Source: Octopus sinensis (Eukaryota). From it: DNA of 64,000 nucleotides. Below the pieces are notes generated by a model that did not search any database, had not been told where the DNA came from, and saw only the letters and a program-made list of their open reading frames with translations. A program made the position numbers and the translations under genes. Every line of letters starts with the position of its first letter. Within the stretch, counting starts at the first letter, position 1. The stretch covers positions 80,228,001 to 80,292,000 of the forward strand of contig NC_042999.1 of assembly GCF_006345805.1 (NCBI RefSeq), in the 5' to 3' direction. Below, in pieces: positions 55,491-64,000 of this stretch.

Positions 55491-55676
55491 AATGTTAATT
55501 GATTCAAAATGGGATCGATAGAATATGTACCAGACTTAAAAATATTAGTACTGGAGTCGATCTTCTCGACTAAAACCCTTAAGATGGTCCGATGGTCCCC
55601 TGGCTGGCTGAAAACCGATGATTGAAATTTAAAAAAGAATTTGTGTATACGTGTGTGTGTGTGGTGTGTGTGTGTG

Positions 55677-55712
<36 letters not shown>

Positions 55713-56744
55713 GTATTAGTATGCATGCATTTGTTTATTTTAATGTATATAAGACCTTGGTTTAATACTTGCAAAGCATTCAGTTTTTCTTTTTCTAAGC
55801 ACTGTTAATATATGGAGTTGGATAGATTTTTACCAGCTAGTTTTAATATGGTATGTAATCTGTACTGAAGGCTTCAGATTTAAGCCTATAATTGCGTATT
55901 CCTCTTTACTGGTCATTGACCGAATAAAAGATACGATAAACACTTTTAAATAAGCCGCCATATGATAGATATCATTTCTCTCTTTATTGCCAGCTGAAAA
56001 ATCTAGCACGATATAGCAATGCAACATCTTGGCATTTTCAATTAAAAGTAAAAAGAGGAGTGATTTGAAAAAGTAGTGATATTGAAATTGCACAGACAAG
56101 GAGGTGAAACCTCTCAATGATTTCTTTTGTTGGTCTTTGATAATAAAGAAGCATCACTTTTCGTGTAACTGCACGTTACATATATTGTACTGTGGTATCA
56201 GAGTATGATACATATGGAAAATACATATGTATGCTAACGTATTATAGCTAGAAAATGTTTAGCTGGCTAGATTAGAAATGGCATTTGCAAGAAAAGGTGT
56301 ATGGAAAGGTTATATGCCGTTTTGTATGTATATTTCTGTATTGAAAGGCGCGTGGCGTAGTGGTTAGGATGTAGGACTCATGATCGTAAGATTGTGGTTT
56401 CGTTTCCTCTACCGGGCGACGCGTTGTTTTCTTGAGCAAAACCCCTCATTTCAGGTTGCTCCAGTCCAATCAGCTGGTAAAAATGAATAATCCTGCGTCC
56501 CAACCAGGTGGGAAATTTATAGCCATTGAAACTGGGAAACGGGCCCTTATGTGTCAGCATGGCTCGAGGAAGTTAACTAAAATAAAAAAATTTAACCTTC
56601 ACAAAACTTGTTTATGAACAGACCGTAGTATATGAAATCGTGAAAGAGTCTCTACTGTTCTTGGTGTTGTTACTCTTTTTGCAGACTTCCAACTACTTAT
56701 TAGCATATATGAGGCATTTTGCTTTATTAATTGCTTAAGAAACA

Positions 56745-56965
56745 AAATGGCGGCGAACCAGTAGAATCATTAGCACACTAGACGAAATGGTTAACGGTAT
56801 TTTGGTCGTCGCTTCGTTCTCGGTTTAAATTCCGCCGATGTTGACTTTACATTTCATCCTTTCGGGGTCGATAAAATAAGTACCAGTTACGCACTGGGGT
56901 CGATGTAATCAACTTATCCCTCCTCAAAATGTCAGGCTTTGTGCCTATATTAGAAAAGATTAATT
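56745..56965 (+). mobile_element. SINE-B (tail type 2)
   Basis: tggcggcgaaccagtagaatcattagc...cactggggtcgatgtaatc...ttgtgcctatattagaaa. Confidence 0.8.
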
Positions 56966-57305
56966 GCTTAAGAAACTGTTCTTTATCTTTTTCCAATCAT
57001 AAATTCATTGTTTTGATTTTATATTGTTCAATTTTGGCCACTGTAGTGTTATGCATTGTATCATAATTATGTGTGGTAGTTATTTTGGATATAAAGAATT
57101 ATTAAGAGTAAATAAAATCGTAAAAGTTCATGAAACAAACCACTTTTTATGTTTTCGTTATCTATTCCGGCTATCGAGGAAGGACTTCCTCAGGCATTTA
57201 TAATTCAGTTTTACTAGTAGTCCTGAGAAAATTTCATTTGATAATGATTGAATGAATCGTGTCTGGAAGGGAGAAGCAAAATAAGTCTTCGCACTAAGAG
57301 AACCA

Positions 57306-57343
<38 letters not shown>

Positions 57344-57880
57344 TAATAATAATAATAATAACGAATAGCTACGGGCTAAATAACAACATGGACGTGCACC
57401 AAGAAGCTCTCTCCACAAAACGAATTCATTTTAACAACATCAACGAAATGGAAAGAAAACTTGGCAATAAATCTGAGGGAAATGTTCTTTTAAAGCGCAT
57501 CAACTAAAAAGAAAAAAAAGAACTAAATTATTGTTCGATAAAACATAATTTCTTTTACGCATACCTCAATGTGACACGTGCGAAAAATCGAACAATCGAA
57601 AAATCTGAATAAACATCAGGAACTTCGGTATAAATCCGCTATATGCACAGTAAATGCGTAAACTAATTAGCTACGTATCTACTCAACGGTTTATGCATAC
57701 ATATACATGTGTTAATACTTATATACGGCGAAAATAATGTTAACATCACACAGAGGCACACTCAAAAACAAGTTTCACAACAACTAAAAGACTTACCATG
57801 AACACAAAAGAGCAAATAACCACTGAATTTAAAATCCCAATAAATAATCATGATAGAAGACATATCAAACAAAAAAATTA

Positions 57881-57946
<66 letters not shown>

Positions 57947-58539
57947 AGGGTGGAGAGGGAGATATATTTCGTTCTGTAGGCCCCATGCGATTATGATATG
58001 TGAAACATATCCATTCAAATGTCTCGGAGGCGGTCTTCTAACAAAAAGTCAACTCTAAATATACAAACCCGTCTCCTAATGCCAATGGCAACAAGCCCAA
58101 ATCCCAACACAACAAAGCAGAAACTATACCGGATCGGTCATCAGTCGGGTGGATAAAGGCTGCGTCATCATCAGCAGAAGCAGCCGTTCAAGAATTTGGA
58201 CCTGGAGATCTCTATTTCCAGCGACCTCGAGGGCCATCTCCCAGTGGTGTTGTGCGTCAACGAAGAACCCTCGACTACAACAAGACGACCAAAATGTTTT
58301 TTTCCAAGGTCTGGGGTCTCCTGCCCCTAAGCCCTAGACCATCACCTAATTATCCTTACCCGTCTTGTTGCTTAACAACAACAACAACAACAACAATCAG
58401 CAGAAGCATTCAGGGGAAGAAAAGTTTGCTATTGTTTCAAACCTCCCCAAAAATATGTGTCTTGAGGTTTCCTACAGTAGGACTTGCCCTGAAAGCCCTC
58501 CATGTCCAACATCTGAAGGCACCAGTCAAAGCATTGAAA

Positions 58540-61500
58540 GAAATTGTCCAGAAGAGATAATAAACAAGTCATTGAGGCTTACTATACCAACTAGTATCAA
58601 CTATCAGACGTCCCAAACACTGAACAAACATATAGAACTCGGTGCGAACCTTTACAAACACAGACAGGAACCGGCTTTCAAGTGTTCGAAGAAATATAAA
58701 ATGAAATTTGTTAGCCGACATTGAAATTGACAAATTAAAGAAAATCTAAAATCAGATTTTAGAAATGACCCATCGATTACAACACGCAAATTAACAGACA
58801 AAATCTACGCGAGAGTCATAAATGAAAGATCTTTGCAGGAAGAAGTAAGCAACAAAAAACATACAACCAAAAACAACCAAAATTCTCTCCCTGGCGATCA
58901 CACCATTGCAGATGAACATACAAAAAAGCTATCAACAATTTAGAGAAAAAAATATTCTGAACAAAACAAGAGAGCTGAAAAACTTAAAGAACATATAATT
59001 ACTGAATAGATCAAAATCCAAAATATGGACTTTAAAGAACGCAGCAACTTTCTTAAAGTTCACAATACTAAAGAAAATGACAACACAACGCTTGAGTCCA
59101 TCGTAAACGATGATGAATTAAAAATTACATCTATAGATGAGGCATGCTTTGCTGCTGCTACTGACTGCACCTAAATGAGTAGTATACAACTGAAACAAAA
59201 AGGTGGTGGTATATCTTCATAAAGAACCAACGTGACAAGAAATAATCAAGAAGTAAATTGATGTTCGCCGATCTGATATAGAAACATTGAAAAACTTAAG
59301 TAACAATGATAATATGAAACCATCTAAGAGGAGAAAGATAATGCGAAAGTATGAACTAAAGTTAGAACACCACTTTGCTGAGTTAGTGGAAAATTTAAAG
59401 CAAAAAGTGTAGGCCAAAGCTGTGCGTATATGATGCTTCGAAAAACAGTCTGCGTTCTTCAAAGACAACAATATATTAAAAAATAAACCAAATATGTTCT
59501 GTTGGTATATTGGAAAGAACACCCATCAAAATAGAAGTCACATCAGAACATGAAATTCTCTGTGATGCTCCTTGTGTAAATAGACAAGAAGACACTGGTC
59601 TTATAGAAGAGCAAATATGGGAAGATAATAGTGTAGACAATGCCAGACTCACCAGTAAATGGAAGTCACCTGATATGGATAAAGTCCTAAACTATTGGCT
59701 CAATGTGTTTACAAAACCACACTAGAAAATAACATCTTGTTACAACGCCATTATAATGAAACCACTGACGATCCCAGAATGACTGGCCAATGGTGTCTCT
59801 TTTTTATTGTTCCTTCAAAATCATGAAACAGAAATCCTAAGAACTGCAGCCAATGTACAAGACCCTAACATCTTTCCTAATGGAACGCACACATGCCTTT
59901 TCATCAGCAACATTGTCACCTATAATGTAAATGTGGGACTTATCGATGTAGGTATCAACCGTTAATTAACAGAATGATTTTAGAAGAATCTCACAATGGG
60001 GAGAAAAACATCTCATCGTGGCCTAGATAGACTACAAGAAGCCTTTGATAGTCTTCCGCACAGCTGGATAAAGGAAAGTTTGAAGATGTTCAAAATGTCA
60101 CAGTAATCAGCAATTTCGTTTCTTACACCATGAGGCTCTGAAAATTGACTTTCCAACACAGTATAAATTGTGGAAACTTTCACGCAAATCAAGGAAATGT
60201 ATCTCCTTTATTCCTCTTTACTTCGTTTTCTCTAAGTGAACTCCAGAATAAAACAAATTATGGGTACAAAGTGTACAGAAAAATACCCACTAAATCATCT
60301 CCTCTATATGAATGACATGAAACTGTTCGCAAAACCTACCAACAATTGCAAGCATTCCTATACACAGTCAAACAATTTAGTGATAGCATCATCATGGAAT
60401 ATGAGTTTGATAAATGCGTTAAGACTACATTTACCAAAGAAAATCTATGAAACATATGCAAAATCACTCTAGGCACCGAAGCAAAAGAATTAGAACCCCA
60501 AGGCAATTAAAAGTATTTAGGAGAATTTGAAAGAGGCGGAATTAAACACTCGACAACGAGAGAAAATACAAGAGAGGAATGCTACTGAAGAGTAAGAGAG
60601 TAAGAACCATTTTGAAAACCGAGCTGAATACCAGAGACAAAATTGAGACCATAAACATATTTGTCATGTCTTTGATCACATACGGCTTCAATATTCAATA
60701 TTTCTAAGATCGTCGTAGTAGGTGTCGAAATACGAAGGCTAATGACAATGCACCGTAAGCAACATTCTCAAATTGAACATAGATCGAATATACTTCCCGA
60801 GAAAACAAAGTGGTTGAGGGTTAATTCAAGCCGTACACGTTTTGAAAATTGCAACAACCAAACGACTAGATGTTAAAGCTGGTTCTGAAACACGATGGTT
60901 GCACTCGGTGACGAAAAACGCCTCCGAGAAATGCAACTAGACGAACTAGTATCCGAAGAAAATGTTTCCAACAGACTAGACAAAACAATTAAAAAACTGT
61001 AGCCAAACAAACCAGCTTCCTACATATTAAGGACTAGAATATACCCGACTAGAATCAGGGACCCTGATGAAGATCAAGCTCTTACACATCAATGAGTGTC
61101 ATATACTGTCTCAAATCAGAAACTAGGGAGTATATCAATGGTGCTCAGGACAAATCCCTTCCAACTAGGAATTACCAGAGTAATGTCATGAGACATGAAA
61201 GTAGCTCATCATGGTGCATATGCAGAGAACACCCAAAGACATTCGACCACATAATCTCTGGTTGCAGCAGATTGTCACCACCAAAATACTTGCAAAGGCA
61301 TGAAAGGATAGCTCAGTAACACACTAATCAATATGCCAACATAAAAGCAATTGGTGGGAACATAAACCACAAATTGCTCAAAATGCCCAAGTTACTATCC
61401 TTCGGAAGTTCAGTGTTCAGATTGATCGAGAAATAAAGCAACCGATTTGATACCATTAAGAAAAATAATGTTGAAAAGACTTGTCTTCTGATTGATATTG

Positions 61501-61753
61501 TAGCTCCAGTTGACAAAACAGATCTCCGAAAACGTTTGAAAAACTGAACAAATATAAGTATCTGAGGATGGAAAACAGAGGAATGTAGTATCCCCAAAAA
61601 ACATTACCTATTATTATTGGGGTACTTGGAATTATATCAAAAGGAACAAACAAGTGTGTAAACCAAATCGTTGACAACCCCAAGATGAGTGAATTACAAA
61701 AGATGATACTAATGGTTACCTCACATATTCTACGCAAATTCTTCTCCATGTAA
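58540..61753 (+). mobile_element. Near full-length degenerate R4/Dong-clade LINE, family B (RT, CCHC, REL)
   Basis: Ordered motifs: DNKQVIEAYY; LKQKV*AKAVRI; KSPDMDKVLNYWL; FDSLPHSWI; NHLLYMNDMKLFAK; CICREHPKTFDHIISGCSRL...RHE; IIIGVLG...ELQKMILMVTSHILRKF; many stops and frameshifts. Confidence 0.85.
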
Positions 61754-61789
61754 GTTTAGTCATACTCATGGTTTTTTTTTTCTCTCAGA

Positions 61790-62317
61790 CAAAATGCAGC
61801 GAAAAATGGTGCCTGTACATCAATATGAAGCACCGTAAGGAATGGCTTAGCCACGGTAAACATGCGACACCGCGCGTGAAACAAGATCTTCATCCACGTA
61901 AAACGATATTGTGCGTATGGTGTGACTAGGAAGAGATTATCCATTACGAATTGCTTGAACGGAACCAACAGATGTAACGACTCGACACGGCTATTCAAGA
62001 GAAAAGGCCTAATCGGCCTTCATATCGCTCGCCTTCATATCGCCAATATGACCAAGGAAGGCATTCAAATGCATGGCTGGGAAGTGCTGCCACATCTGCC
62101 GTACTCTCCTGATTTGGCACTAACGGATGTGCACCTCTTTCGATCTATTTCAAATGCTCTGAGCGGAGTTTCGTTCAATACTGATGCAGAATTGGGAGCA
62201 TGCTTAGATCAATTTTTCGAGTCGAAATCAGGTGATTTCTACCAACGATGTATTCAAAATCTTGTTGAACGTTGGGAAGAAGTTGTAAGCAACAAGGGTG
62301 AATACATCATTGATTAA
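61790..62317 (+). mobile_element. mariner transposase C-terminal pseudogene fragment
   Basis: EKWCLYINMKHRKEW...HPRKTILCVWCD and WEVLPHLPYSPDLALTDVHLFRSISNAL...GEYIID* (YSPDL motif of D,D34D mariners). Confidence 0.9.
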
Positions 62318-62784
62318 TTAGTTGTTATTTTTTATTAAACCTTTTAAAAAAATTAAATAAAAAAAAAACGGCGGGATATTTGTAGATATGTAAACTTACA
62401 TAATTGGATAGCACAGGGTATATATGGATGGTAATGCCTTCCTATGCAATATCAATTATTTCTCACTGATGTAACAGATACCGTTAAACTCTGACTGTGA
62501 AACATGGGCACAGTTTACAGAATCTTGAAATCGAAAAAATAAGAGCGACACACACGCACACATACACACACATACACACATATACACACACATACACACA
62601 CACACACACATGCAACATTGAAATTCATTCCGTTACCCTACAGATACAAGCTGAAACACTTTCATAGATGTACATGTACATATAAGCACATCATTTGAAT
62701 GCGCGTATATGCATGCATATATGTGTGCGTATGAGTGTGTATGAGCGCGCACGCATGTACTTATATTTATGTAGACAGTTATAA

Positions 62785-62786
<2 letters not shown>

Positions 62787-62852
<66 letters not shown>

Positions 62853-62856
62853 TCTA

Positions 62857-62905
<49 letters not shown>

Positions 62906-62940
62906 GCAGCAGGGATTTATATATATATATATATATATAT
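62787..62940. repeat. (TATC)n-(TC)n-(TA)n compound microsatellite
   Basis: Directly visible. Confidence 0.95.
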
Positions 62941-64000
62941 ATCAGTTGATATTATCTTTTACGATAGGTTCTTATTTCTTAATACAATTGCAATAGAAAT
63001 TCGAATATGTGATGTGGAAAGGTTAGAAATTGCATATGTTCTGTATATATTTCATTTACTATTTTTCATTCTTATGCTTTTCTTAACAGGTCTGTATAGC
63101 GTCAAATAGAGAACGAAATAGAAGATTTGAACCTTGCGGGTAAGACTTAAATCAGTCTTAGAGGAAAATTAATTAAGACTGCATAGAGCATATGAGTTAA
63201 TTGCTTACAGATAAGATTGTTACTTTTAGGCCTGGTGTAAAACAATAAGGAAAATTTAAGCCCTCGAGAGATATGTGGGTCTTGCAATTTCCTAGATCAC
63301 TAATTGCAAAATATTCAGTAACAGTTGATTTATTCAGGATATTATCCGATATCTAAAAACGTTGTGATACAGTGTTATGGTTCTAATTGCATTGAAACAC
63401 ATAGGAGTCAAGCGGGTCGTTTAATCTATAAACCGTTTGATAAACAAAACAGGAAAAAAAGCAATCTCTATTCTGTGTGGTTTACAATTTCTTTCTAATT
63501 TTCAAATTAAACATTCTGATACGCAATGCACACACACACGCATGCGTGCGCACATACACACACAAACAAATATGCATGCACACACACGCACACACACACA
63601 TATACACAAAACACCCACTCTCTCTCCTACACTCACGCATGCATGCAAGTGCATACCTCTACAAAATACATAGGCATTCGTATATTTCGATCTTGTGTAT
63701 TCCAGTTGTTGGATCAAATCAATACACCAGTCATTGTATTAGTATGTTAATGGCCGAGTATTCCAAGGATATTTATGCTCTTAACGTAAATCTCAGGCAG
63801 TTACAAGGTAACACATCATCGGACCAGGCTTCTTTATTGAATTTACGGGTAGAAAACTTTCCTTGGGCTAAACCCCACTTTTTTTATTCATTTTTGCTTA
63901 ACCTTGAGTGATCTTGAACCGACAGTAAAAAAGCAGCTAACCATAATGCCATATATATATTTAAGATATACATATGCACACATATGTACAGGAGTTGGAC

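Overview
This is eukaryotic, very AT-rich, repeat-dominated DNA. The microsatellite load and SINE/LINE families look like an octopod cephalopod genome (inference from recognised repeat motifs, not a database hit). No host gene can be called confidently, and most entries in the ORF track are translations of microsatellites. The window holds: degenerate Penelope-like elements; at least three R4/Dong-type REL-endonuclease LINE families, one nearly full length at 58.5-61.75 kb and one tied to (AAT)n repeats; Tx1/L1-type LINE 3' fragments; pogo, mariner and Tc1-like transposon relics; a probable non-autonomous Helentron (HINE); and about 40 copies of three modular tRNA-headed SINE groups (called A, B and C here). 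The most interesting signals are: (1) a 557-bp non-coding tandem array inside (TA)n at 20956-22160, each unit carrying a minimal type-I hammerhead ribozyme motif with a palindromic stem-III loop (retrozyme or PLE pseudo-LTR-like); (2) a SINE whose 3' tail matches the Tx1 LINE tail and which repeatedly lands on an AGGTAT site, including inside its own family; (3) a 544-bp non-coding element targeted to (AAT)n with no tRNA head and no ORF; (4) an internally deleted R4 derivative; (5) an RFX X-box/ETS motif cluster and a few low-confidence candidate host exons.
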